This document shows positions 9,036 through 19,732 of a DNA stretch of 64,000 nucleotides, piece by piece. Source of the stretch: a candidate division WWE3 bacterium (GTDB lineage: Bacteria > Patescibacteriota > WWE3 > UBA101185 > UBA10185). The translations under genes and the position numbers were made by a program. Location of the stretch: contig WJKK01000001.1 in NCBI GenBank assembly GCA_014729135.1, forward strand, positions 325,462 to 389,461, read 5' to 3'. How positions within the stretch are numbered: position 1 is the first letter of the stretch; each line of letters starts with the position of its first letter. The notes beneath the pieces were generated by a model. The model was not told the origin of the DNA. It made no database searches and was given only the letters and a program-made list of their open reading frames with translations.

Positions 9036-10709
9036 ATGTTAAAAATAATTAATTTAGGAGGAACAGAAGACGTTACCGGCAACTTAACTGCCTTTGAATA
9101 TGGTGACGATATTATATTAGTAGATTGTGGAATAGGTTTTCCCGATAGCGAGACTTTAGGGGTGGATTTGGTCATACCTGACTTTGATTATCTGCGTGAA
9201 AATGCACATAAGATAAAAGGGTTGTTGTTAACTCATGGACACGAGGACCATATTGGGGCGGTGCCTTACTTTTTAGCGGAGTTTCCTAATGTGCCGGTTT
9301 TTTCGGATAAGTTGGCGTTAGGCTTCTTGCGTGAAAAGTTTGAGGAGAAACGACGTTATCCGGGATTGCCCAATAATCCTTCGTTAGGTTTGATAACTCC
9401 TGAGACGGAGCCTTTGAGTTTAGGTGTTTTCACTATAGAGGCTTTTAGAGTAAGTCACTCTGTGCCTGATTCGTTAGGTTACGCCATAAGAACACCTGAG
9501 GGAACGATTTTACACGTTTCTGACTTTAAAGTAGATTTGCATCCTGTTTTGGATGATCCTATTGATTTAAACAGAATAGCTGCTTATGGTAATGAAGGCG
9601 TTTTATGCTTGCTTTCGGATTGTTTAGGCGTAACTGCTTCAGGGTATTCTCAGCCGGAGGTAGAACTAAGCAAGACTTTTGATCTTTTATTTGAGGAGGC
9701 TGCCGGAAAGCAAATAATTGTAACTACAATTTCGTCAAATGTTTCGCGAATTTATCAGATAATTAGTAGTGCGCAGCGGTTAGGTCGAAAGGTGGTTCTT
9801 CTTGGTTATTCAATTAGCCGGAGTACTGAAGTAGCGCGTGGTTTGGGGTATATTCCCTTTGAAGATGACGTTTTTGTGAATCCGCGGAAGGCTTCTGGTT
9901 ACAACCAAGCGGATCTTGTGTATATTGCTGCCGGTTGTTATGGTCAGCCTCGTTCCGCTTTAGGTCGCTTAAGCCGTGGGGAGCATCGCGACGTTAAACT
10001 TGAAGAAGGTGCTTATGTAATTTTTTCGGCGGATCCCAGCCCTCCAGGAACAATAGAGCCCGTTGAAAAGGTGCAGGATAATCTTACGTTGCGTGGAGCT
10101 AGAGTTTTATTTAGTGAAATTCAGGATAATCTTCATGTTTCAGGTCACGGTACCAGGGGAGATATTCAGTTGCTTGCTTATTTGTCAAAGGCAAAATATT
10201 ACATTCCTATTGGAGGCAGCATAAAGCGAATGCGTATTTATTCCGATATGATAGGTTCTTTAGGACGTCCCTCTGAAAATGTTTTTGAGCAGCGCGAAGG
10301 TGATACGGTAATTTTTGAGAAGGGCTCTGCGCGAAAAGGGGATCCTGTTGCGGTTAAGGACGTTTTCATTGACGGTTCTAACATAGGTGATGTTGGCCCC
10401 TTGGTTTTGCGTGATCGCGAAAAGCTCTCTGATGACGGTATTTTCGTGGTAATTGTTCCTATAGATCAGAAGACGCGGCAATTAGCAGGAGATGTAGAAG
10501 TTGTAACAAGAGGATTTGTTTACGTAAAGGAATCAGGCGAGTTACTAAATAAAACAAAACAATCCGTTACAGGCTTGCTTCAAAAGCACAAGGAAGGTCT
10601 TAAAGACTGGAATAACATCCGCGAAGAGATAGAAAAGCGCTTAGATAAGATGCTTTACAAGGAAACCGGTAGAGATCCCTTAATCTTTGTGCAAGCGATT
10701 TATCTCTAA
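9036..10709 (+). CDS. rnj: Ribonuclease J
   Basis: Metallo-beta-lactamase THGHEDHIG, HSVPD, DFK, HVSGHG, C-terminal RGFVY. Confidence 0.95.
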   Translation: MLKIINLGGTEDVTGNLTAFEYGDDIILVDCGIGFPDSETLGVDLVIPDFDYLRENAHKIKGLLLTHGHEDHIGAVPYFLAEFPNVPVFSDKLALGFLREKFEEKRRYPGLPNNPSLGLITPETEPLSLGVFTIEAFRVSHSVPDSLGYAIRTPEGTILHVSDFKVDLHPVLDDPIDLNRIAAYGNEGVLCLLSDCLGVTASGYSQPEVELSKTFDLLFEEAAGKQIIVTTISSNVSRIYQIISSAQRLGRKVVLLGYSISRSTEVARGLGYIPFEDDVFVNPRKASGYNQADLVYIAAGCYGQPRSALGRLSRGEHRDVKLEEGAYVIFSADPSPPGTIEPVEKVQDNLTLRGARVLFSEIQDNLHVSGHGTRGDIQLLAYLSKAKYYIPIGGSIKRMRIYSDMIGSLGRPSENVFEQREGDTVIFEKGSARKGDPVAVKDVFIDGSNIGDVGPLVLRDREKLSDDGIFVVIVPIDQKTRQLAGDVEVVTRGFVYVKESGELLNKTKQSVTGLLQKHKEGLKDWNNIREEIEKRLDKMLYKETGRDPLIFVQAIYL

Positions 10710-10728
10710 TTTTGCTATCATTGCCCTA

Positions 10729-13023
10729 ATGGCCAAAAGAGGACGCAAGAAAAAATTCAAACTTAAAGTCGATTTTAATCTTCGGCCGGAAGTCGTGAAA
10801 TCCATTGCAGTTGTAGTTTTCTTCCTTCTGGGGGCTTTAAGTTTAATTTCTTTTGTTGCGCCTACTTATACGCTAAACAATAAAATTCGCAATTTGCTTT
10901 TGGGGAATTTTGGTTTGGCGGCTTATTTAATCCCTCTTGTTTTTATTTTAGTAGCAACATTTTTCATAGATGCACTGAAATTAAAAATTAAGGATGTGCG
11001 TGTGTTTTTAGGTCTTTTAGGTTTGCTTATTTTTGGATCCGGCTTTTTTTCGCTTTTTTGTTGGAGGTCTGATCCTTTTTCGAGAGCTTCCGCCGGTAAG
11101 TGTGGAGGCCTTTTGGGCTATCATCTGCTTTTCCTTTTAAATAAGACAGTAAGCATTTATGGTGCCGCCTTAATTTTAGTTTCGGCCGTGGTGATTTCTG
11201 TTTTGTTGCTTTTTAATCTTTCTTTAAACAAGCTTTTTGAGTGGTTACTGGAGTTATTGCAGAAAATGCGTTCTAAAAAGGATGCTGCCGAAGAGGCGGT
11301 TTCGGAGGATTCCTCTAAGGAGTCGGAGTCCGCTCTTGCAGGAACTATTAGTCAGTTGGCTCAAATGTCGCTGGGCTTAGGTTCCTCTGAAGAGCCTCCG
11401 GAAGAGTCTGCAGAAGCTCCCGCCGAGATAATAGAGCCGGAAGAACCCGAAGAGCCCGCAAAGATTGAAATTTTACCCTCTTATTCGGAGCCTCAGGACG
11501 AGGAAATAGTAATGCCCACTCCTTTGGAGGAAGACGACTCCGAAGTGACCTCGTTGGTGCCTAATCTTCCTTATAGCGACAGAGTTTGGCAGCTACCTCC
11601 GCTGAGTTTGCTTCAAGATCCTCCTGCTAGTAGACCGGATGCCGGAAATGTTAAGGCCAGGGCGGAGGTAATTGAGAACACGTTAAAGTCGTTTGGTATT
11701 GATGCAGAGGTTAAGGACATTAAGCCGGGACCTTCAGTAACTCAATACGCTTTGGATGCTGCTACAGGGACTAAGATTTCAAAGATTGTAAACTTGCAGT
11801 ACGATTTAGCTTTGGCGTTGGCTTCTCCTACGGGCTCTGTTCGTATTGAGGCGCCAATTCCGGGCAAGTCGCTTGTTGGTATTGAGGTGCCAAATAATAA
11901 TCGCGTAACAGTGCACTTTAAGTCACTTTTAACCTCAGAACCTATGAAAGGTCTGGATTCTAAACTGGGAATTGTTCTAGGTAAGGATGTTGGGGGACGC
12001 TCGTTAGTTTATGACATTGGAAAGATGCCTCACCTTTTGGTTGCAGGTGCTACGGGTTCAGGTAAATCTGTGTTTTTGCACTCGCTGCTTTTTTCCATGC
12101 TTTATCGAGCAACTCCGCAAGAGGTAAAGTTTGTTTTGGTGGATCCCAAGCGAGTTGAGTTCACTCACTACTCAGACATTCCGCATCTTTTAACCCCTGT
12201 TGTGACTGATATTGACAATTCTCCCTCCGTTTTTAAGTGGGCGGTTGTGGAAATGGAGCGTCGTTATAAACTTTTTGAAAAGGCACGTGCTAGAAATATT
12301 GACTCCTATAATGAAAAATCCGGTTTTCAAGCCCTTCCTTATATTGTGATTATTGTGGATGAGCTAGGCGAAATTATGGTGGCGGATCCTGCAGGTGTGG
12401 AAAAAAGCATTATTCGTTTGGCACAGCTTGCTCGTGCTACAGGTATTCATCTTGTGCTTTCGGTACAGCGCCCTTCTACCAATGTTATTACGGGATTAAT
12501 TAAGGCAAACATTCCTTGTCGTGTTGCGTTTAATGTTTCAAGTCAGGTGGATTCGCGAGTAATTATTGATCAGCCGGGAGCTGAAAAGCTGTTAGGTCAA
12601 GGTGACATGCTTTTTGTTCCGCCGGATGCTTCTAAACCGCAGCGACTCCAAGGTTCTCTAGTTACAGAGCAGGAGATTTCTTCATTGGTGGGTTACCTTA
12701 AATCCCAGGGAGTTGAGCCTAATTACAAGGAGGAGGTTTTTAAAGTCGAGCAAAAGATTGAGCAAAAGAATACAAGTATTGCAGCAGGAGGCGAGGCAAA
12801 GGATGAGCTTTTTGATGATGCTATTGATGTTTGTTTGCAGGCAGGGCGTGGGTCAGCTTCGCTTTTGCAGAGGCGCCTCTCCGTAGGATATGCTCGTGCT
12901 GCCCGCATTCTGGATGAACTTGAAGCTGCCGGAATAGTAGGTCCAAAAAACGGTAGTCAGCCTCGTGACCTTCTAATTGATAGCCATCCGAATCGTGACG
13001 ATTCAGATGATCTACCCTTTTGA
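10729..13023 (+). CDS. ftsK: DNA translocase FtsK/SpoIIIE
   Basis: N-terminal TM helices, RIEAPIPGK, HLLVAGATGSGKS, VDE, QRPS, gamma domain SASLLQRRLSVGYARAARI; start placed at the ATG 7 nt after TGcTATCAT. Confidence 0.96.
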   Translation: MAKRGRKKKFKLKVDFNLRPEVVKSIAVVVFFLLGALSLISFVAPTYTLNNKIRNLLLGNFGLAAYLIPLVFILVATFFIDALKLKIKDVRVFLGLLGLLIFGSGFFSLFCWRSDPFSRASAGKCGGLLGYHLLFLLNKTVSIYGAALILVSAVVISVLLLFNLSLNKLFEWLLELLQKMRSKKDAAEEAVSEDSSKESESALAGTISQLAQMSLGLGSSEEPPEESAEAPAEIIEPEEPEEPAKIEILPSYSEPQDEEIVMPTPLEEDDSEVTSLVPNLPYSDRVWQLPPLSLLQDPPASRPDAGNVKARAEVIENTLKSFGIDAEVKDIKPGPSVTQYALDAATGTKISKIVNLQYDLALALASPTGSVRIEAPIPGKSLVGIEVPNNNRVTVHFKSLLTSEPMKGLDSKLGIVLGKDVGGRSLVYDIGKMPHLLVAGATGSGKSVFLHSLLFSMLYRATPQEVKFVLVDPKRVEFTHYSDIPHLLTPVVTDIDNSPSVFKWAVVEMERRYKLFEKARARNIDSYNEKSGFQALPYIVIIVDELGEIMVADPAGVEKSIIRLAQLARATGIHLVLSVQRPSTNVITGLIKANIPCRVAFNVSSQVDSRVIIDQPGAEKLLGQGDMLFVPPDASKPQRLQGSLVTEQEISSLVGYLKSQGVEPNYKEEVFKVEQKIEQKNTSIAAGGEAKDELFDDAIDVCLQAGRGSASLLQRRLSVGYARAARILDELEAAGIVGPKNGSQPRDLLIDSHPNRDDSDDLPF

Positions 13024-13038
13024 TACCTCTAAGAAACC

Positions 13039-13746
13039 ATGAAAAATTTAGGCGAGATTTTAAAATCTCAACGAAAAAAGCGAAAGCTCACGTATAATCA
13101 AGTTTACGCTAAAATAAAAATTCATCCCAATTATATAAAGGCGCTTGAGGAAAATGATTATGCAGTTTTTGATAGTGGCGTTCATGCCAAAGGTTTTTTG
13201 AAGATTTATGCGGAGCTTTTAAATTTAAATGTTTCGCAGATTTTGGCTCTTTGGCGTAGGGAGCATAGTTTTACTTTTGAGCACGAACTGGAAAAAACTA
13301 AGGAGCAAACAGTTTTTGAGGAAATAAAGCAGGGTTTTACGCTTACTACTAATAAAGTTTTGGCTCTTATAGGAATAGTTTTGTTGGTCGCATTTTTTGG
13401 TTATCTTTTTTATTCTTATAAAAATTATTCAGGCCCTCCGGATCTTAAGATAGACACTCCGGAAAATAATAAAATAGTTGGCAATTCTTTGGTTGATATT
13501 ACGGGTAAGACGGATATTGACTCTGTGCTTTTTATTAATGGAGAAAGGGTTTTTTTAAAACCGGATGGATCGTTTGCTACTTCGTTGCATTTAAAGGAAG
13601 GGGTAAACACTCTTAGCATAACGTCAATTAATAAGCTTGATAAAAAGACGGAGGAGGTTTTGACGGTAATTTATCGCCCCACAGAGGATTCGGTTTTGGA
13701 ATCTACTGAAAGCACTTCTCCTGTTTCTCCGGAAGACCTCCCTTAA
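13039..13746 (+). CDS. RodZ-like HTH-TM protein with C-terminal Ig-like domain
   Basis: LGEILK...KIHPNYIKALEEND...GFLKIYAELL, one TM, beta-rich C-terminus; usual position after ftsK. Confidence 0.8.
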   Translation: MKNLGEILKSQRKKRKLTYNQVYAKIKIHPNYIKALEENDYAVFDSGVHAKGFLKIYAELLNLNVSQILALWRREHSFTFEHELEKTKEQTVFEEIKQGFTLTTNKVLALIGIVLLVAFFGYLFYSYKNYSGPPDLKIDTPENNKIVGNSLVDITGKTDIDSVLFINGERVFLKPDGSFATSLHLKEGVNTLSITSINKLDKKTEEVLTVIYRPTEDSVLESTESTSPVSPEDLP

Positions 13747-13798
13747 AAATTGCACTAAAGTCATTGTGCTATACTCTTAATTAAGGAATTAACTGCCT

Positions 13799-14083
13799 AT
13801 GACTAACGAAACATTAACAACCATACTCATAGTTTTGCTAAGTATCAATTTTGTTCTTTGGATTGCCTTTTTGATCTTTGTGCTAGTGCAAATTCGAAGA
13901 ATTTTCAAAGTCATCTTTGGGATTTTGGACGACATAGAGGACTTTTCATCTTCCATAATAGGATCTGCCTTTAAAGTAGCTCCTTTGGTACTGGGCTTTC
14001 TTAAAAGTTTTCAAGCTGTTAAATCTATTACAACTTTAAAAGACTCCGGTGATTCGGAGGATAGAAATAAAAAGGAGGATTAA
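13799..14083 (+). CDS. Small membrane protein (DUF948-like)
   Basis: N-terminal TM helix; directly upstream of a YtxH-like gene; upstream TTGCAC...TGcTATACT promoter. Confidence 0.6.
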   Translation: MTNETLTTILIVLLSINFVLWIAFLIFVLVQIRRIFKVIFGILDDIEDFSSSIIGSAFKVAPLVLGFLKSFQAVKSITTLKDSGDSEDRNKKED

Positions 14084-14084
14084 C

Positions 14085-14357
14085 ATGACTAAAAAAGACA
14101 AAAAAAATAAATTTTGGTTAGGTGCTTTAGCAGGAGCCGTTTTAGGTGTTTTATTTGCTCCCCGCAAGGGAAAGGAGACGCGCGAAAAGCTTTCCGAGGA
14201 TCTTGAGGGAGTGAAGGATAAGCTTGACGATGTTTCTGATAAAGCTGCAAAGAAAGCCGAAGAGGTCAAAGAGAAGGCTGAGCCTTATGTGGAGTCGCTT
14301 AAAAAGGGACTTAAGGGTGAGAAAGAAGCGTCTGATAAAGATAATAAGGAAGCCTAA
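14085..14357 (+). CDS. YtxH-domain protein
   Basis: FWLGALAGAVLGVLFAPRKGKETR motif; SD AGGAGG before ATG 14085. Confidence 0.85.
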   Translation: MTKKDKKNKFWLGALAGAVLGVLFAPRKGKETREKLSEDLEGVKDKLDDVSDKAAKKAEEVKEKAEPYVESLKKGLKGEKEASDKDNKEA

Positions 14358-14375
14358 AATTCTAAAAATTAAACA

Positions 14376-14798
14376 ATGGTTGATGTAAAAAATCAGGATC
14401 CGGTTGTCGATTCTGCCGGTGATAAACAGGATGATTCTATTGCTGACTCTTCAACTCCTTCTAAGGGACGTACTTCCGGTCCGCAACCCACTGCTCCTGA
14501 AGGACTAGCATTTCAAGAAAAAAAAGCAGCACCTGAAAAGGAAAAAGGTGTAGAAAAAATAACCGACTTAAAAGTACCCACCCCCAAAGCTTTACAAGAA
14601 GATGACGATGAAGAGGTTATTGACTTCAAAAAAGAAGATCCCGGTGACTCTGTGGGGCGTGTTGTGGACATGCGCTCAAAAACAACAAAAACCAAGCCCA
14701 TTGAAGACCCCCGCCATGAGCTTACCGAATACGGCGATGAAAAAGAAGCTGATTTTATAGAAAAAGTTAAAGCTGCCCATGAATCTAGCGAATCTTAA
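14376..14798 (+). CDS. Hypothetical acidic, low-complexity protein
   Basis: 140-aa ORF filling the gap in a co-directional cluster; overlaps the next start. Confidence 0.7.
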   Translation: MVDVKNQDPVVDSAGDKQDDSIADSSTPSKGRTSGPQPTAPEGLAFQEKKAAPEKEKGVEKITDLKVPTPKALQEDDDEEVIDFKKEDPGDSVGRVVDMRSKTTKTKPIEDPRHELTEYGDEKEADFIEKVKAAHESSES

Positions 14799-17190
14799 TC
14801 ACAGTCTTTATGTAGCTTTTTGGCTAACTGTTTACCTTTTAATTTTGGCGGCTGTCCTTGTGGGTGCTTTTACGGTCTTTTTGCGAAAACGACGTAAAAA
14901 GCACGAGGATTTAAGTAAGTTTGATCTCACTTTTTTAATGGTTAAGCTTCCTTCTGAAAATGAAATTGAAGTGGAGGCAGCGGAACAGTTTTTTGCCAGT
15001 TTGTGGGGTTTTAAGCGTACTTGGTGGGATGCTTTGTGGAAAGGGCAGTATCTGATTTCTTTTGAAATTGTTGCTAAGGCTTCCGGGATTGGTTTTTATG
15101 TAGTAGTTCCTGATGAGTTGGCCTTAGCTGTTGAGAAAAAGATCAATGGAGCCTACCCTGAAGCTGAAATTGACATTATTGATCCTAATGAAGTGTGGGA
15201 TAGAGGTGATTTTACTGCTGTTGCTGAACTAAAGCTTTCCGGAGCACCGTACTATCCTATTCGAACCTTTGAGGATTTAGCTTCCGACGCCTTAAGTTCT
15301 CTGACCTCTTCAATGAGCAAGCTTTCTGACGAAGATGTAGTAGCTTTGCAGTACGTTGTAAAGCCGGCAAGTAACTCCTGGAGGAGACAAGGTAATGCTT
15401 TTGTTGCCGGTGTTAGAAAGAAAAGCGCCGACCCGGAAAAAGGCGGGGGAGTAGATACTTCTTTTGTTGAAGGCGTAGAAAAAAAGGTGTCCAAGCCCGG
15501 ATTTGATGTAACCATCCGAATCGTCTCTATTGCAGAAGATGACTTATTGGCTCAAGATCACATTCAGAATATTGTCACTTCCTTTGATCAGTTTACAGAC
15601 GTTAAATATAACAACTTCAAGCGAATTAATCCTAGAGCGCATAGAACCATAGATAATTTTATTTTTCGAACTATGCGCGTTATTGACTGGAGTATCCCGA
15701 TTTTTGATGTTCCGCTTTATCGCAACGTTTCCGTTTTAAACACAGAGGAGATGGCTACTATTTTTCACTTTCCCAATAATGAGGTTAAGACTCCGGGAAT
15801 TAAATGGCTTAAGGCACGCAAAGCTCCTGCTCCTGAGGATGTTCCAAATGAGGGCCTTTATTTAGGGAAAAATTCTTATCGAGGTGTTGAGCGCAACATT
15901 TATATGAAAGATAAAGATCGCACACGCCACTTTTACATCATAGGTCAGACAGGTACAGGTAAGTCCGAATTTATGAAAACGTTAGCTTTGCAGGACATTG
16001 AAAATGGAGAGGGTTTAGCTTTTATTGACCCGCATGGAAGTGATATTGACGACATTTTAGAAAAGATTCCGGAGCATCGCGCAAATGATGTGATTTTGTT
16101 TGATGTTTCCGATATAGAGCGCCCCCTGGGAATGAACATCTTGGAGGCTCATTCGGAGGAAGAAAAACACATGGTTATTAACTCTTTTATTGCGCTTTTG
16201 TATAAGCTTTATGACCCTAATCGTCAGGGAATTATGGGTCCTCAGTTGGAGCGTGCTATTCGTAACGTTATGTTAACAGCTATGACGGATCCTAATAGTA
16301 CAATGGTTGATGTTTTGCGTCTTTTAATTGATGAGGATTATGCTAAGCAGTTTATTCCTAAGTTGGAAGATCCTATGGTGAAAAGGTTTTGGACGGATGA
16401 GATGGCCAAGACCAGTGATTATCATAAGAGTGAAAAGATGGGCTACTTTGTTTCCAAGTTTGACCGTTTTGTAACGGATCGAACTATGCGAAATATTCTA
16501 GGTCAGCCTAAATCTGCCATTAATTTTCCAAAAATTATGCGTGAGAAAAAGATTTTGCTGGTTGACTTGTCTAAGGGAAAAATAGGTGAGGAGAATTCCA
16601 ATTTCTTAGGTTTAATCTTGGTTCCGCGAATTTTGCAGGCTGCTTTAGGGCGTGCTACTAAGCTTGGTAAAGAGGAGTTTCCTAACTTTTTCTTATACGT
16701 AGATGAGTTTCAAAACTTTGCCACTCCGGATTTTGCCACAATTTTATCTGAGGCGCGTAAGTATAAGCTTAATTTAGTGGTGGCGCATCAGTTTGTTTCG
16801 CAGTTAACGGATGAGATTAAGGAGGCAATTTTTGGAAACGTTGGTACTATGGCTGTTTTTAGAGTAGGCGCTGATGATGCTGAATTTTTAGAGAGTCAGT
16901 TTGAACCTACTTTTACGCAAAGTGACCTAATTAATCTTCCGGTGGGTAATTACTATACTAAGTTGCTGGCTGATGGCCATCCCACGTCGCCGTTTTCTAT
17001 GAAAGTGGATTGGTCTATGGTTAATGAGGCAAATGCTCAAAAAGACAGCAAGCAAGCGCAGGAAATTAGGGAGCGCTCTCGTATGAACTATGGCGTGGCT
17101 CGCACGGAGATAGAGGAGTATATAGATAAGCGTTCAGGTTTGGATGCGCCTAAACCTGAACCCAAGCCTAAGAAGCGAATTCCTTTTTAG
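14779..17190 (+). CDS. Membrane-anchored VirD4/TraD/HerA-like P-loop ATPase
   Basis: N-terminal TM, HFYIIGQTGTGKS, FIDPHG, LYVDEFQNF, LSEARKYKLNLVVAHQ, FGNVGT. Confidence 0.88.
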   Translation: MNLANLNHSLYVAFWLTVYLLILAAVLVGAFTVFLRKRRKKHEDLSKFDLTFLMVKLPSENEIEVEAAEQFFASLWGFKRTWWDALWKGQYLISFEIVAKASGIGFYVVVPDELALAVEKKINGAYPEAEIDIIDPNEVWDRGDFTAVAELKLSGAPYYPIRTFEDLASDALSSLTSSMSKLSDEDVVALQYVVKPASNSWRRQGNAFVAGVRKKSADPEKGGGVDTSFVEGVEKKVSKPGFDVTIRIVSIAEDDLLAQDHIQNIVTSFDQFTDVKYNNFKRINPRAHRTIDNFIFRTMRVIDWSIPIFDVPLYRNVSVLNTEEMATIFHFPNNEVKTPGIKWLKARKAPAPEDVPNEGLYLGKNSYRGVERNIYMKDKDRTRHFYIIGQTGTGKSEFMKTLALQDIENGEGLAFIDPHGSDIDDILEKIPEHRANDVILFDVSDIERPLGMNILEAHSEEEKHMVINSFIALLYKLYDPNRQGIMGPQLERAIRNVMLTAMTDPNSTMVDVLRLLIDEDYAKQFIPKLEDPMVKRFWTDEMAKTSDYHKSEKMGYFVSKFDRFVTDRTMRNILGQPKSAINFPKIMREKKILLVDLSKGKIGEENSNFLGLILVPRILQAALGRATKLGKEEFPNFFLYVDEFQNFATPDFATILSEARKYKLNLVVAHQFVSQLTDEIKEAIFGNVGTMAVFRVGADDAEFLESQFEPTFTQSDLINLPVGNYYTKLLADGHPTSPFSMKVDWSMVNEANAQKDSKQAQEIRERSRMNYGVARTEIEEYIDKRSGLDAPKPEPKPKKRIPF

Positions 17191-17229
17191 TTTGTGGTTA
17201 TTTAGGAGGGGTTAAGTTATTATTTTTGT

Positions 17230-19698
17230 ATGGCAATAAGACGAGCTCAGGCAGAAACAGAACCGGATGGTGATGAGGTTATGACTATAGCTGCAGACGC
17301 TGAGAATGGTCCCGGAACAGACGAGGTCCCAGATTCTGTTGAAGCAGGTGAAACACAGGATTCCCCCGAAAGACATGAGTCAAGTTTAAATTTTGAACGA
17401 CGTGTTATTCCTGATGCTTGGAATGAAACAGCGGAGGCTTTGCGCGCATTGGATGCTCTGGTTGAAGATGTTGATTATGCGGAGGCTATAGAGGCGTTAG
17501 GCGATGCTATAGAAGCACAAGGCATTCGTGCTCAAGATGTATTTGCTTCAGAGACTATGCAGCGCACTTTGGGTGAAAACACTCAACAAGTTCTTTTGGA
17601 ATATCGGCAACAATTTAGGGAGGTTTTAACAGTTGTAAATTCTCTTTCACGTGAGTTAGCGGAAGATGTTGGAGAAGAGGCTCCCGAGGAGGAACAGGTT
17701 GCTCGCGCGGAACGTATTTTAGAGGTTGCACGTTATTTGGGATCGCCCGAAGATGTCCCAGATGCTGAAGTTTTCGATCAAGATAGAGAAATACCCATGC
17801 TAGAAGGTCTTCGAGAAGATTTGTACACCGATCCCGTGGAATTTGCTTCTCAATTTTCGGATTATGCAGAGGAACGTGCTCCCCTTGAAGATATCTCAAG
17901 TCGTCTACATTCACAGCGTAGACAAAGAGTGGAAAAAGTAAATGATCTTGTCCGCGAGTTTGCAGAATATGACGTAGAAGACTTTGTTGATCGCTCCGTT
18001 CCCATTGAAGCTGAAGAGTTTGCTGCAGAAATTGTTGCGGAAGAAACTCCTGAGACTGCCGAAACCGCTCCCAAAACAAAGGAACAGTATAAGGCAGAAT
18101 TCTTAGCCGAAAATGATTTTGATACATGGGATGCTCAAATGGAAGCAGAAGGGGGTTGGGTTATTAATACACAGGGTTATACCCAGGAAGGGGCAAAACA
18201 GGTTGTGGAGGAAAAGGGCTTTTTTAGGAAGCGGACTCGGCAAGTTAGGGCACCTCAGGTTCTTTTTGAGCAGAAAGAAAAAGTAACAATTCCCGCCGAG
18301 TTTACTGATGGAGATGTTGTAAGGACTGTCGAAGTTCCCATTATGTGCGCTACATTTGCGGAGTTGCGTCGAAGAGGTGAGGATATGGGTCTGCTTCCAG
18401 GTGAGTCTTCTCGTTTGGAAGGATATTACCAGCAACCTATTTATACTATGGATACGACGGCTAATTCTGTGGTAAAAGCACAGGAGCTTTTGTGGCGTCT
18501 GGAGGCGGGCGCTGATCCGGATGAAAATGGCCTTCACCGTGTTCCTATAAAAAGAGCAGGTAAGGCATCTTATTTGCCACTGACTTCTGTGGAGTACGCT
18601 CGCTGGAAGCAGGGTCTTCAAAAAACTGTGAATGCCTTTGAGGCTCAGGGTTTAACTTATGAACGTGTGAAAAGATTGCATGAGCGGTTAGCGGAAGAGC
18701 ATGGGGAGCCTCTTTTGGATGAGCCGGGAGTGCGTGATTTGGAGAGCGATTCGTCGCGTGCTTGGTACGCTGCTCATTTGCAGTTTGCTGTTTTGGGAGA
18801 GGGTCTGGATAAAATGGAGGATCTTGCGGGAGAAGCCGATTTATCTGCTGAAGAGGACGAGGCTTTGCGTCATGTAGTTGAAACTTTGCGTTTTGATTAC
18901 AGCGAGTTCTTAGCTGCCTATGGTCGTCGCAGTGAGTATGTGCGTGTGGCTTATGAAAATTTAACTCGAAGAGGTTTAGATTTAAGTCCTGAGAATGTGG
19001 AAAATGAGATTTTGCGAGTAGCAGCCGAATATGAAGCTAAAAAATCCTTATTACGTCGTTTGGGATCTCGTGTTTTAGGTGTTTTGGAGGAGGGAGAGTT
19101 TGATCCCGGGGAGGTACTTGATGATTTGCAAGCTCTTTTGGAGGAGTATGAGGATAATTTAGAGGCTCATGTTGAAGTTTTAGAGGATAATGCTACTTTT
19201 ACTACGGAGCATACCCGTATGGCTTTTACAGCCAATTTGCCTGGTCATGGTAATGTTTTAATTCCTGCGGCTGTTTGGGAAGTTCGGGATTTAGAAGATC
19301 TTAATGCCGCAGATTATCCGGAGGCTTATGCTTTTTATGAAAAGTACCGAGAAAATCCGGATCAGAGTGTTCCTGATTTTATGAAGGCTTTTAGGGAGAA
19401 TACCGAGACTTGGGCTGATATGGAGCGCAAGATTCGGGAAGCAGAGGAAGAAGGTGCCAGTGAAGGTGTAGACACTATTGCACCGGAAGAGCCTGTTGTG
19501 GAAGATTCTCTTGTGGAATTTTTAGAGAAAGATGCCCAAGAGATTAACTCTCTTGGCGAGCTTATAACCCAGGCAGCAACACACCTTGAACAAACTCCTG
19601 CACCCGAAGAAGGTGCTACACAAGAACAGCTCGCCGAATGGTGGAACGACACCCAAGGGGAAACAGAATTTGACGATTGGCTAGCCCAACAAAGTTAG
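17230..19698 (+). CDS. Large, very acidic hypothetical protein (822 aa)
   Basis: Long ORF, E/D-rich, no signal peptide, TM or recognisable motif; TATTAT 6 nt before ATG. Confidence 0.85.
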   Translation: MAIRRAQAETEPDGDEVMTIAADAENGPGTDEVPDSVEAGETQDSPERHESSLNFERRVIPDAWNETAEALRALDALVEDVDYAEAIEALGDAIEAQGIRAQDVFASETMQRTLGENTQQVLLEYRQQFREVLTVVNSLSRELAEDVGEEAPEEEQVARAERILEVARYLGSPEDVPDAEVFDQDREIPMLEGLREDLYTDPVEFASQFSDYAEERAPLEDISSRLHSQRRQRVEKVNDLVREFAEYDVEDFVDRSVPIEAEEFAAEIVAEETPETAETAPKTKEQYKAEFLAENDFDTWDAQMEAEGGWVINTQGYTQEGAKQVVEEKGFFRKRTRQVRAPQVLFEQKEKVTIPAEFTDGDVVRTVEVPIMCATFAELRRRGEDMGLLPGESSRLEGYYQQPIYTMDTTANSVVKAQELLWRLEAGADPDENGLHRVPIKRAGKASYLPLTSVEYARWKQGLQKTVNAFEAQGLTYERVKRLHERLAEEHGEPLLDEPGVRDLESDSSRAWYAAHLQFAVLGEGLDKMEDLAGEADLSAEEDEALRHVVETLRFDYSEFLAAYGRRSEYVRVAYENLTRRGLDLSPENVENEILRVAAEYEAKKSLLRRLGSRVLGVLEEGEFDPGEVLDDLQALLEEYEDNLEAHVEVLEDNATFTTEHTRMAFTANLPGHGNVLIPAAVWEVRDLEDLNAADYPEAYAFYEKYRENPDQSVPDFMKAFRENTETWADMERKIREAEEEGASEGVDTIAPEEPVVEDSLVEFLEKDAQEINSLGELITQAATHLEQTPAPEEGATQEQLAEWWNDTQGETEFDDWLAQQS

Positions 19699-19732
19699 CA
19701 AAACCACCCATCCTTTTGTATAATCAACCTAA

